Notes: generated by a model not told the origin, from the letters alone. Positions 1-10,458 are shown, counted from the first letter of the stretch. The stretch is 64,000 nt of DNA from an uncultured delta proteobacterium (GCA_963816395.1 CAWFKQ010000004.1:32001-96000), one strand, 5' to 3'. Numbers and translations are program-made.

Positions 1-110
1 CGATTTAAGGCGGAGGTTCGCAGGAGGTCTTTTATATTGTCCATCTCGAGTTCCTGATCATCGTCAGAGGCGACTGGGGAGATGTGCCAATAGGAATTAA
101 TTTCAACCAT
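1..110 (-). CDS. possible N-terminal fragment of a hypothetical protein running off the window edge
   Basis: ATG at 110 opens MVEINSYWHISPVASDDDQELEMDNIKDLLRTSALN with no stop before position 1; no recognisable motif. Confidence 0.3.
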   Translation of the reverse strand, partial: MVEINSYWHISPVASDDDQELEMDNIKDLLRTSALN

Positions 111-245
111 AAAATACCCTGACCGAAAAGGGGAAGAGGCATGAATATCATTAAGGAAAGAGGTGGGGGAGGCGGGTGAGTTGTTGACAATGCAGGTGAA
201 AGGAAGAGAGGGTCGTTGAGGTGCGGATATGTGGGAAATGGCCTG

Positions 246-1256
246 TCAGAGGGTAAACTTGACCACCTCCGCGAGAAGAGGGGTTTTCCTGATCAGGATC
301 TTGTCGGGAAAGAGTCTGTGGCCCACCCGCTCGATCTCGGCCAGACCCATGAATTCCGCAAAGCGCGTAAAGGTTCGATGTGAGTAACAGCTGCCGACGA
401 ATTTTTCCGGCGTCGTGTAACTGATTTCGGGGACCTCCCCCAGCAGTGTAGGGAAGGCGCGCAGGTATTTTTCGATGTAGAAGGTATCCGGGAGCGGTTC
501 GTTCCCATATTTGGCCAGCATGAACAGAGTGAAGGCGAAGGAGGTTTGGATGAAGGGCAGATCGGGATACCGGTCCAGATATCCCCATTCGAATTCCCGG
601 ACAAAAGCCTGGAACAGACAGGGGTACATCCCTGCCAGGCCACGCCTGGTCAGCAGATCGCGGTATTTCCGGCTGAGGATGAATTTCCCTTTGTATTTCC
701 GAATCAGCCCCGCCATTTCCGCCACCAGGCGGGCAACGTGCAGGTCCCGAAAATCCGTCTCGCTGTTGATCCCGGCGAAACGTGTGACTTCCCGGTAGTA
801 CTCCTCCCCGAAATAGGCCAGGGCAGCCTCGCGGCAGAAGTTCCGGGGAAGGTTCCCCTTGGCGGTCGGTTTCAGACCCGTTTCGCCGATGGCAGCGGCC
901 AACAGAGAAAAAAGGCGGATGACGGGGGCATCCGGTTCCACTTCGAGCACATCCGGGAAGGTGAGCAGCCGGGGAGAGTCGAAGGGGAAGTAGAGAAGGC
1001 GGTGCATCTGCTCTGGCGACAGACCTTCGAGATCCCCCAGGGACGCACGATTGCGCTTGGCCATATGCCAGCCAACGAAAGCCTCTGCCTCTTTCTGCGA
1101 ACCGAAGGAGCGTCCCTGAAGCAGTCCCCGGATCTCGTCCATTGCCGCAGATCCTGCAACCGCCGGAACCGCCGGTTCGCTCTGCCCGAGACAGCACTTC
1201 TTGTATTTTTTCCCGCTGCCGCAGGGGCAGGGATCATTTCTTCCGACATCGTCCAC
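246..1256 (-). CDS. SEC-C motif domain protein of unknown function
   Basis: N-terminal [22 protein letters not shown] zinc motif; AGGAG RBS upstream; intact 336-aa ORF. Confidence 0.85.
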   Translation of the reverse strand: MDDVGRNDPCPCGSGKKYKKCCLGQSEPAVPAVAGSAAMDEIRGLLQGRSFGSQKEAEAFVGWHMAKRNRASLGDLEGLSPEQMHRLLYFPFDSPRLLTFPDVLEVEPDAPVIRLFSLLAAAIGETGLKPTAKGNLPRNFCREAALAYFGEEYYREVTRFAGINSETDFRDLHVARLVAEMAGLIRKYKGKFILSRKYRDLLTRRGLAGMYPCLFQAFVREFEWGYLDRYPDLPFIQTSFAFTLFMLAKYGNEPLPDTFYIEKYLRAFPTLLGEVPEISYTTPEKFVGSCYSHRTFTRFAEFMGLAEIERVGHRLFPDKILIRKTPLLAEVVKFTL

Positions 1257-1322
1257 GATCGACTCCTTCGGCTGGGGGGTGCATCAACTCATTTGGACAA
1301 AGAAGGGACATTTTTAAAACGT

Positions 1323-2301
1323 TTAACGGCGCTGTTGTCCAACCACCTCATGGAGAGCCGGGTGCCCTCCGATGGCCTCCTTCCCTCGCCGGCAGGCGAT
1401 GCTGACAGCTGAGGCGGTAAGACGCAGTCGGCGGGCGATATCGACGCCGCGATGTCCGGCGGCAAAGGCGAGATGGCAAATGATGCTCCTCGCGTGTGCG
1501 ACGCGCGGCCTGCGGGTTAGCGACATCAGGTCCGTGAGCGGGAGTTCAAGTGTATCGCATACTCGGGCGATGATCTCCTCCAGAGGCATCTTCGCCGGCA
1601 TCGGATGCGCTTCTGTCTGCCGAAGAAGTTCCTCCACGAAATCCCCGGCTCCGAGCACCCGCGAATCCTTCAGCTCCAATTCCTCCGCGCGCTCATGCGC
1701 TGGTTGCCGCCGCTACATGCTGGTGCCGACCAGATCCTTCCGACGCCCCATGGCGATGCCATCCTCGACGAACAGACGGTAACGCCGGCGGGCGCCGCTG
1801 ATGGACTTGCCGAAGCGGGTAAGGATCTCGGCGGTCAACTGCCCCGGAAGATCCCCCTTTCCCATGAGCATCGCATGGCCGCACCAGGGATAGCCGTCGA
1901 GCTCGTCGATCGTCTTGACCAAGCCGGCACGCAACGGATTGAGGTGGATATATCTCACCAGCTCGAGCAGGTATTCCTCTTCCTCGCACACCAGCGACTT
2001 GTAGCGGTTCTGGAAGAGATGACCGGAGCGAGAGTGGCGGAGGTTGAAAGTGACCGCATAGCCGGTCAGCAGCCGCCGCATGAATCTGGCCAAAGGGATC
2101 TGGCGGGGGCGTAGCAGCAGATGGAAATGGTTGTCGATCAGCGCCCAGGCGAAACAGTCGGTCTCTGTGGAGACGAGTAGATCAGAGAACCGCCGGACGA
2201 ACTGGCGCCGGTCGTCATCGTCGGTGAAACTTGCGTTCTCGATCTGGCGGACGATACGTGCAGCAGGCGATTGAGGGCGCAACGGGCTTCGCTCTTGGCA
2301 T
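1323..2301 (-). mobile_element. REP-associated tyrosine transposase (RAYT / IS200-like Y1) with C-terminal HTH, frameshifted
   Basis: HUH motif NHFHLLL, HLFQNRYKS, catalytic Tyr in RYIHLNPLRAG, YPWCGH; separate frame 1323-1679 encodes a DnaA-C-like HTH (DIARRLRLTASAVS); degenerate N-terminus from ATG 2301. Confidence 0.85.
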
Positions 2302-2361
2302 GGGGGAGATAGCAGGAAACGGACAGTTTATTTAATTTTTTAGAACGTCCTTGTGTACCCC

Positions 2362-2492
2362 TCGATGAAGATCTTGCGTTTCTCGATCCCCGGACGATGA
2401 CGTGTGCGGGAATTGGGGATGTCGATGCGAGCGGCGTGGGCATGGGGGGAGAATACCGGGAAGGTGAGTTACTCGAGGTTTTAGACGTCCCC
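2362..2492 (-). pseudogene. truncated second copy of the RAYT 5' end
   Basis: imperfect direct repeat of 2222-2352; ATG 2443 gives MPTPLASTSPIPAHVIVRG, a degenerate RAYT N-terminus. Confidence 0.6.
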
Positions 2493-2615
2493 TGGGTGGC
2501 CCTCCCTTCGGGTTGCCATGAAGGATTTTTTTTGTTGACGTTAGGCGCTGGAACAAGTAGGAAAGAAGAAATTCATGTGAATTGTTGAGGGGTGGTTCGT
2601 AGTGTGAATCTCAAG

Positions 2616-2652
2616 GAGCCGTTTTCCCGGGAGAAGGAAAAGCGGCTCTTTT
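2616..2652 (+). terminator. intrinsic terminator-like hairpin upstream of the radical SAM gene
   Basis: GAGCCGTTTTCC / GGAAAAGCGGCTC stem followed by TTTT. Confidence 0.5.
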
Positions 2653-2742
2653 GTATTATCGGTTGGCTATTTCCAAAAAGAGGCGAAAACCAAAAAAGAT
2701 TTTCAACTAATCTTCTTATCAACATCGGCAAGGGGGGGATAC

Positions 2743-3706
2743 GTGGACTCTGGATCGTGTTCTGGAGGTCAAAGACAATCGATCGGTTAGGCTGAAGGTC
2801 ACAGATAAATGCCCTTTGAGCTGTTGCTTCTGTCATGCTGAAGGAGGCAGATCGACACCGAAGATATACCGTGCGAACGAGCAGATTGCGGAAATCCTGT
2901 GCAAGCTAAATGAGAAACTAGATTTGAAAGAGATTCACCTTAGAGGTGATGAGCCCACGTTTAACAAAGAATTGGCCGAAATATCTTCAGGTATTTTCTC
3001 AATTGGACTCGACGTTAAAGTCACAACAAACGGTCAATTTAATCACAATGTGATTGACCAGCTAAGGAAAGCCGGTGTTTTTGAGTTTAATTTCAGCGTT
3101 CACGCCTTAAATAATTTAGATTTGATTAAAATCATGCCAATGATGTCGGGATAAGAAATCTGCTTCAAATCTGCATTGAAAGCAGAGGAAAAATTTATTG
3201 TATGCGAAAAAAAAGGAGTTAAGGTTAAGATTAATACTGTAATTAGCACTACTGATGATTTGAAGCGAGCAGAAAAGATATTCTTTTTTGCCAGTTATAA
3301 TAACATCCCACTACGCTTGCTTAATGACTTGAACAGGGGTGAGGAGTCTGTAAAGGCTATAGACCATTTCGTCTCCAATGTCATAAAAGCTGAAAAATTT
3401 AAAAAAATATTGATTAATTCAAGCTCTAGCAGGATTGATTATTATCGTGACAAAAATGGATTTGAATTTTGTGTAAAGAAAATTGACATTGATAAGCTCC
3501 AGACCTTATGCTTTGACTGCGAAGAGAAATGCAAGAAGGGTTTTTACGGTCTGCGAATAGAAAAACGTAATGGTATATTATATATAAGAATATGTGTCGA
3601 TAGAAAAGATGGGAAAAATTTGATGCCATTGAATGAATACTTATCTTCCGACTTTTGCAAAGAATACAAAGATAAACTTGATTTAATCGTACAAACGAAT
3701 AATTAG
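2743..3706 (+). CDS. MoaA-like radical SAM protein, frameshifted
   Basis: in-frame RSVRLKVTDKCPLSCCFCHAEGG (CxxxCxxC), EIHLRGDEP, TTNG, FNFSVH, KINTV, C-terminal CFDCEEKCKKGFYGLRI...RIC; GGGGG RBS before GTG 2743; two ORF pieces (2816-3154, 3176-3706). Confidence 0.85.
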
Positions 3707-3717
3707 GAGTTCAACAA

Positions 3718-4197
3718 ATGAGCCTGATAAATACAAAAAAAGAAATTCTCTCAGAGTTGTTGCATTGGCACAATCGAAGGAAAGAATAGCAAAAGAAAAC
3801 CAAAAGAAGACTCAAGAGCGAGCCAGTGAGGAAGAGGGAGCAATACAGTCCAGATACTCTACCTTTAAAGAAGAAGGTCAGTATCTAGCTGGCGGCCTGA
3901 AGATAATGCATGAGGATCTCAAGGCAGACGTTGCTATGATTCGAAGCATGATTCATTATGTGCTCAAGGAGAATGAGAAAGTGGAGTCCTTATCGAGAGT
4001 GGAGGTGGAGATCGAGAGATGGTTCCCAGGAAAAATTTTTTATTATCTATGCGGCCGGGAGAGAAAAAATAAGAGAGAGAAGATACTAGCCCCAAGGCGC
4101 CTCTCGGGAAAGCACTAATCGGCAAGGAAATAGGGGATCATTTCGCTTTTAGGATTGGTGACAATGTTAGAGAGGGGAGATTTTGGATGTCGCCTAA
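3718..4197 (+). CDS. GreA/GreB-family elongation-factor-like protein, frameshifted
   Basis: AGGAG RBS + ATG 3718; coiled-coil-like N-half with QSRYSTFKEEGQYLAGGL; other frames give APLGKALIGKEIGDHFAFRIGDNVRE..EILDVA*, matching the Gre C-terminal SPLGxAL.GK..GD motif. Confidence 0.7.
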
Positions 4198-4381
4198 CCT
4201 ATTCCTTGTGATCGAGGGGATCGATGGCGTAGGCAAGTCGACCATAGTTGAGTTGCTAGCTGATAAATTGGGAGCGCATTCCCTCGAAACACCATGCGGT
4301 GTGATGCGAAAATACAGAAAACTTGTGGAGAGCTCCCATCCAACTGTGCGCTTTTTGTATTATGTAATCGCGAATTATTTT

Positions 4382-5689
4382 GGCTCCTCGCTATTTCAAG
4401 TGGGCAATGGTATGACAGGGTGATTTTTCATCCCAGGCCCGGAGGTCCGATTTTTTCATGAATCCTGAAGCTCTTTTTGCCGTTGCCCTTGGAATTACCC
4501 CGCCCTGGGAAGTCGTTGGAGTCGAGTTCTCCCAAGAGAACAAGAGGCTCGATATCCGCATTGATTTTCCTCGCGGCGCCCAGTTCGCCTGCCCCGTCTG
4601 CGGGGCCTCTGCCCCCGTTCATGACACGACCGAAAAGACTTGGCGGCACCTGAATTTTTTCCAGTACGAAGCCTATCTGACGGCCCGGGTGCCGCGGGTG
4701 AAGTGCCCCAATACCGGCTGTGGTGTGAAGCAGATCCAGGTCCACTGGGCACGCCCCGGTTCCGGTTTTACTCTCCTTTTCGAGGCGCTGGTCATGGCCC
4801 TGGTCCGAGAGATGCCCGTCAAGATCGCAGCGGCCTTGCTGGGCGAACACGACACCCGCATCTGGCGGGTTCTCGATCATTATGTGCACAGCGCCGCGCC
4901 CAAGAGGATCATTCGGAGGTGAAGCGCGTCGGCATTGACGAAACATCCGCCAGGCGAGGCCAGGACTACATCTCCCTCTTCTTTGATCTGGACCTGCGGC
5001 GACTTCTTTTCGGCACCGAGGGCAAGGGCCATGAGACCGTCAAGGCCTTCGCGGAGGATTTCAAGGCCCACAAGGGCGATCCCGCGAACGTTACCGAGCC
5101 TGCATCGATATGTCCAAGGCCTTCATCAAAGGGGTGAACGAAGCCCTTCCCAACGCCGAAATCACCTTGATCCGTTCCACCTGATTCAGCACATGAACGA
5201 CGCTTTGAGCAAGGTACGGGCGGAAGAAGCCCGGCTCTATCCGGAGATGATGAAAGGCAGCCGTTACGCCTTTTTGAAAAACCCGGAAAACCTGACCGAG
5301 AAACAGGATGAAACCTTGACCCGGCTCTGCAACTTCCGGCTCAAGACGGCCAGGGCCTATCTCATCAAACTGGCCCTCCAGGATGTCTACTTCGCCACCA
5401 GCCGCGAGGATGCCCAGGGACGGCTTAACGCCTGGTATAGCTGGGCGATCCGAAGCCAGATTGACCAAGTGAAGAAAGTCGCCAAAACGGTTAAAAACCA
5501 CTGGAACGGAATCCTGACCTGGTTCGACAGCCAGCTTTCCAACGGGTTTCTCGAAGCCGTCAACGGCCTCATCCAGGCGGCCAAAAGGAGAGCCCGTGGG
5601 TATCGCACCACCAAGAACCTGATCAACATGGCTTACCTCATTGCCGGTAAGCTGGATTTCAGGCTACCCACTTGAAATAGCGAGGAGCC
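4382..5689 (+). mobile_element. ISL3-family insertion sequence (1308 bp)
   Basis: perfect 23-bp terminal IRs GGCTCCTCGCTATTTCAAGTGGG (4382-4404, 5667-5689); 8-bp target duplication ATTATTTT (4374-4381, 5690-5697). Confidence 0.95.
4458..5675 (+). CDS. ISL3 transposase, frameshifted
   Basis: CPVCG zinc finger, WRHLNFFQY, PRVKC, GIDETS, DPFHLI, SNGFLEAVNGLIQAAKRRARGYR; stop lies inside the right IR. Confidence 0.92.
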
Positions 5690-6220
5690 ATTATTTTGTG
5701 CGTCTGCAGAAAGAGAATGAAATATAAAACTGTGTGTTTTTGACCGATTTATTCACTCTACCAAAGCGCATCACATCGCATACGGCAGCAAACTTGCAAA
5801 AATAATTACTCTTAATTGGCTATCTATGGTCAGAGCCAGATATGGTTTTTTATTTATATCTAGACGAAAGTGAGCGTTTATCTCGAATTCAACTAAGAAG
5901 GAATAATACAGAGAAGGATATGGATTCAAAGTCACTTGAGCTAACACATAGGATTTTTTGCGAACTTCCAAGCATGACGAACATAAATATATCGAATTTA
6001 GGTATTGATGATTGTAAAAACAATTTGCGACGAGATAAACCTAATAAAAAAAGCACTTGTGCTAATCACTAAATCAACTGTAGTGTGAAGAGTTTTTCGT
6101 TTTCTTGGCAGTGCCGGGTGGCTTAGATCGCCTCAGCCGCTCTCATCATCAACTCCAGTTCCTGCTCCCTGAGGTAGTTAGCGGGAGTTTATACGTTTGA
6201 CGATCGGCAATATGTTCAAG

Positions 6221-6248
6221 AAAAAAGGGCGGCCTCGCGGCCGCCCTT
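6221..6248 (-). terminator. rho-independent terminator of dapL
   Basis: GGGCGGCC-TCGC-GGCCGCCC hairpin with A6 on + (U tract on -) just after the dapL stop. Confidence 0.8.
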
Positions 6249-6255
6249 CGTCATC

Positions 6256-7490
6256 TTATCCCAGGTTTTTCCTGATCCTCGCCACCGCCTCCTCAACATT
6301 CTCCCGATCCCCGAACGCCGACAACCGGAAGTACCCTTCGCCGCTCGGCCCGAAGCCGGAGCCGGGGGTCCCGACCACGTGGGCACTCGTTCAGCAGCTT
6401 GTCGAAGAAGTCCCAGGAGGAGAGCCCGGCGGGGGTCTTGAGCCAGATGTAGGGGGCGTTGACCCCGCCGTAGACGGTGATGCCGGCGGCCTTGAGGCCC
6501 TCGCGGATGATGCGGGCGTTTTCCATGTAGTAGTCGATGATCTCCTTCACCTGCTGCCAGCCCTGCGTCGGAGTAGACCGCCTGCGCGGCCTTCTGCACC
6601 GGGTAGGAGACGCCGTTGAACTTGGTCGACTGGCGGCGGTTCCACAGCTTGTTGAGGGAGACCTTTTCCCCCTTGGCCGTCTTCGCCGTCACCTCTTCCG
6701 GGACGACAGTCAGGGCGCAGCGCACGCCGGTGAAGCCGGCGGTCTTGGAGAAGGAGCGGAACTCGATGGCGCACTTGCGGGCGCCCTCGACCTCGTAGAT
6801 GGAGTGGGGGATGCCCGGTTCGGTGATGAACGCCTCATAGGCGGCGTCGTAGAAGATCACCGCGTCGTTGGCGATGGCGTAGTCGACCCACTTCTTCAGT
6901 TCGTCTTTCGTCGCCACCGCCCCGGTCGGGTTGTTGGGGAAGCAGAGATAGATGATGTCCACCTTCTCCTTCGGCAGGGCGGGGGTGAAGCCGTTCGCCT
7001 CGGTGCAGGGCATGTAGACCATCCCCTCGTAATACCCCTTCTCGTTCGCCTCGCCGGTGCGGCCGATCATGACGTTGGTGTCGTTGTAGACCGGGTAGAC
7101 CGGGTCGCCGATGGCCACTTTGTTGGAGAGGTCGAAAATGTCGAGGATGTTGGCGCAGTCGCACTTGGAGCCGTCGGAGATGAACACCTCGCTCGGGCGC
7201 ACGTCGGCGCCGAGGGGCTTGTAGGCCTTTTCGATGATGGTGTCGATGAGCCACTCGTAGCCCTGCTCCGGGCCGTAGCCGTGGAAAGTCTGGCCCTGGG
7301 CCAGGTCGTCGATCGCTTTATGAAAGGCGTCGATGACGGCGGGGACGAGCGGGCGGGTGACGTCGCCGATCCCCAGGCGGATGACCTTAGCCTGCGGGTT
7401 GGCGGCGGTGAAGGCCTTGACGCGGCGGCCGATCTCGGGGAAGAGATAGCCGGCTTTGAGTTTGAGGTAGTTGTCGTTGAGGCGGGCCAT
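6256..7490 (-). CDS. dapL: LL-diaminopimelate aminotransferase, frameshifted near the 3' end
   Basis: [40 protein letters not shown] lysine; C-terminus continues in other frames to [15 protein letters not shown]. Confidence 0.95.
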
Positions 7491-7532
7491 GCGGTATAAT
7501 CCTCCGAAAAAAGTCTTGAAAGAAATTCTTTC

Positions 7533-7641
7533 TCACCGCAAAGGCGCAAAGGACGCCAAGAAAGGCTGAGAAGCCAAACCCTGATTGGGGTTTTTCTTTG
7601 CGTTCTTTGCGTCTTGAGTGAGCGAAGCGAACGGGCGGTGA
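7533..7641. repeat. period-9 repeat hairpin (CGCAAAGG type)
   Basis: TCACCGCAAAGGCGCAAAGGACGCCAAG ... CTTTGCGTTCTTTGCGTC ... GCGGTGA arms between dapB and dapL. Confidence 0.7.
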
Positions 7642-7648
7642 AGTTTGG

Positions 7649-8453
<805 letters not shown>

Positions 8454-8512
8454 AGGATTCTCTTTCGGCTCTCGGTTCTTGCGGTTTGTGAAAAATTCAG
8501 AACAAAATCATA

Positions 8513-8650
8513 TCTCACGCGATGTCGCAACGAAGTTTAAAACCATGCACCTGGACCAAACCATATTTCACGCGACGCCGCGACGCTCGCAACGAAGTGC
8601 AAAACCATGCACCTGATTTTTCCGTCGCGTCGGTGCGCCGTTGCGTGAGA
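8513..8650. repeat. repeat hairpin with an internal direct repeat
   Basis: outer IR TCTCACGC/GCGTGAGA; TCGCAACGAAGT..AAAACCATGCACCTG repeated at 8525 and 8587. Confidence 0.65.
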
Positions 8651-8657
8651 CGCGCCT

Positions 8658-9534
8658 TTAGATCAGGTTATGCTTCTTCAGTACGCTCTTGAGCTTCTCC
8701 AGGCTGGCCGGTTGCAGCGCTACCAGCGGCAGGCGCACCTGCGGCTCAATTTTGCCCATCAGGCCGAGGGACGGTCTTGACCGGCACCGGGTTGGATTCG
8801 ATGAACATCGCCTGGTGCAGGTCGAGCAGCTGCAAATGCAGGCGGCGGGCTTCCTCCCATTTCCCATCCCGGACGGCGGCGACCATCGCCTTCACCTGGC
8901 GCGGGGCGATATTGGCGGTGACCGAGATCACCCCCTTGGCGCCGCAGGCCATCAGCGGCAGGGTGAGAAAGTCGTCGCCGGAGAGCACGTCGATCTTGTC
9001 GCCGGCGGCCGCCAGGATCTCTCCCGTCTGGGTGACGTTGCCGGAGGCCTCCTTGATCGCCACGATATTGGCCAGCTCGGCCAGGCGGATGGTGGTCTTC
9101 GCCTCCATGTTCATGCCGGTGCGCCCCGGGACATTGTAGAGTACCTGCGGCAGGGGGACCTTCTCGGCGATCGCTTTATAGTGCTGGTAAAGCCCCTCCT
9201 GCGACGGTTTGTTGTAATAGGGGGAGACCAGCAGCACCCCGTCGGCCCCCATTTCTTTGGCGTGCAGGCTGAGCTCGATCGCCTCGGCGGTGGAATTGGA
9301 ACCGGTGCCGGCGATGACCGGCACCCGCTTTTTCACCTGCTCGATGCAGGTCCGAATCACCCGGTCGTGCTCCTGGTAGTCGAGGGTGGCGGACTCGCCG
9401 GTCGTGCCGCAGGGGATGATGCAGTCGGTGCCGTTTTCGATCTGGAACTCGATCAGCTGCCGGTATTTCTCCTCATCGAAGCGCTCCTGGCGGTCGAAGG
9501 GAGTAACGATGGCGACCATTGATCCTGTAAACAT
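8658..9534 (-). CDS. dapA: 4-hydroxy-tetrahydrodipicolinate synthase, frameshifted near the 3' end
   Basis: GTTGESATL, YNVPGRTG, IKEASG, SNPVPVK. Confidence 0.95.
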
Positions 9535-9639
9535 GGATGCCTCCTCTGCTATGAAAACAATGTTATGACGGCGAAAAGGTCTATATTACTAGCATACCGG
9601 CCGGGCAAAGTCAAAATGCCGGCGGCCGGATAGCGGCCT

Positions 9640-10458
9640 CTATTTGCCGGCCTGCGGCATGGCCTCGACGGTGGCGCTCGGGGCGCTTTCCGCCGGGTAG
9701 CCGCGGGCCTGAATCGCCAGCGTCACGCTGTAGAGATAGGTGCGGCCGTTCTCCGGGCCGAAATCGTCGAAAGCGGGCTCCGTCAGCGGCTGCTGAGTTG
9801 ATCGGCTGCAGGGGCAAGTCGGCGTCGGCTTCATGCCGGTAGACGTAATAGCCGAGAAACTTGCCGGGAATTTCGGCCGGCGGCGCCCAGCGCAGGCGAA
9901 CCAGGCGGTCGAGGCCGGTCGCCTGCAGCTGCTGCGGCGGCGGCGGAATCGACACAAACAGGCGCCGGGCCTCGGCCGGGATGCCCGGCCGGTCGCCGGC
10001 GGCCATTGCCACCACCTGGTAGACATAGCCGTAGTCCAGCTGCGGTTGATCGTCCCACCAGTATAGGCGATCATCCAGCCGGCGCACGCCCCGCAGGTAA
10101 TCGAGGTCGACTTCGCGCACCAGGGTGAAATCGGGACGGCAGTCGGGGCATTCCTCCCCCGGGATAAAACGCATCCGGGAAACCCGGAAGCCCTGCAGAT
10201 CGGTGAGCGGCGAGCCGTTCTGGTTGGATTTGGGGATCTTCCAGGAAACGAGAAAGCGGTCTCCCCGCTGCTCGATGGCGACCGGCGCCGGCGCCGCCGG
10301 CACCGGCAGCAGCTTGGCCCGCACCGGCCCCTTCTTGCCGCAGGCGGGGAGTGAGACAGTGGTGGCCAGCAGAACGAGTAAGCACAGGCGTGACGAGTGA
10401 TGCGTAATAGTGACACGTGAAAAGCCTCGCTTCGATGCCACAGTGCGACAAACATCAT
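9640..10458 (-). CDS. fibronectin type III-like lipoprotein, frameshifted; start uncertain
   Basis: lipobox-like LPACGKKGP after a hydrophobic stretch; FN3-like W...Y.VYR...Y.YSV..ES.PS pattern. Confidence 0.7.
   Translation of the reverse strand: MMFVALWHRSEAFHVSLLRITRHACAYSFCWPPLSHSPPAARRGRCGPSCCRCRRRRRRSPSSSGETAFSFPGRSPNPTRTARRSPICRASGFPGCVLSRGRNAPTAVPISPWCAKSTSITCGACAGWMIAYTGGTINRSWTTAMSTRWWQWPPATGRASRPRPGACLCRFRRRRSSCRRPASTAWFACAGRRRPKFPASFSAITSTGMKPTPTCPCSRSTQQPLTEPAFDDFGPENGRTYLYSVTLAIQARGYPAESAPSATVEAMPQAGK
10388..10423. repeat. period-7 repeat tract
   Basis: GCGTGACGAGTGATGCGTAATAGTGACACGTGAAA. Confidence 0.4.

Larger units (their letters stand above)
4187..6072 (+). pseudogene. 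thymidylate-kinase-family (CMPK2-like) nucleoside monophosphate kinase interrupted by ISL3
   Basis: P-loop VIEGIDGVGKST before the IS; after the IS DRFIHST and PDMVFYLYLDESERLSRIQLR; the two halves join across the 8-bp target duplication. Confidence 0.85.

Noticed and set aside
2592..2795. 67-aa ORF upstream of the radical SAM gene
   Set aside because: It runs through a terminator hairpin and into the SAM gene start and has no recognisable features.
2743..3706. Calling the radical SAM gene viperin (pVip) or moaA
   Set aside because: Motif context matches neither cleanly: no viperin NYHF/NxxGGE pattern, no MoaA CxxCx13C or terminal GG, and no moa neighbours.
8525..8615. Two ~29-bp direct repeats with a spacer, CRISPR-like
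   Set aside because: Only two copies, embedded in a repeat hairpin, and no cas genes.
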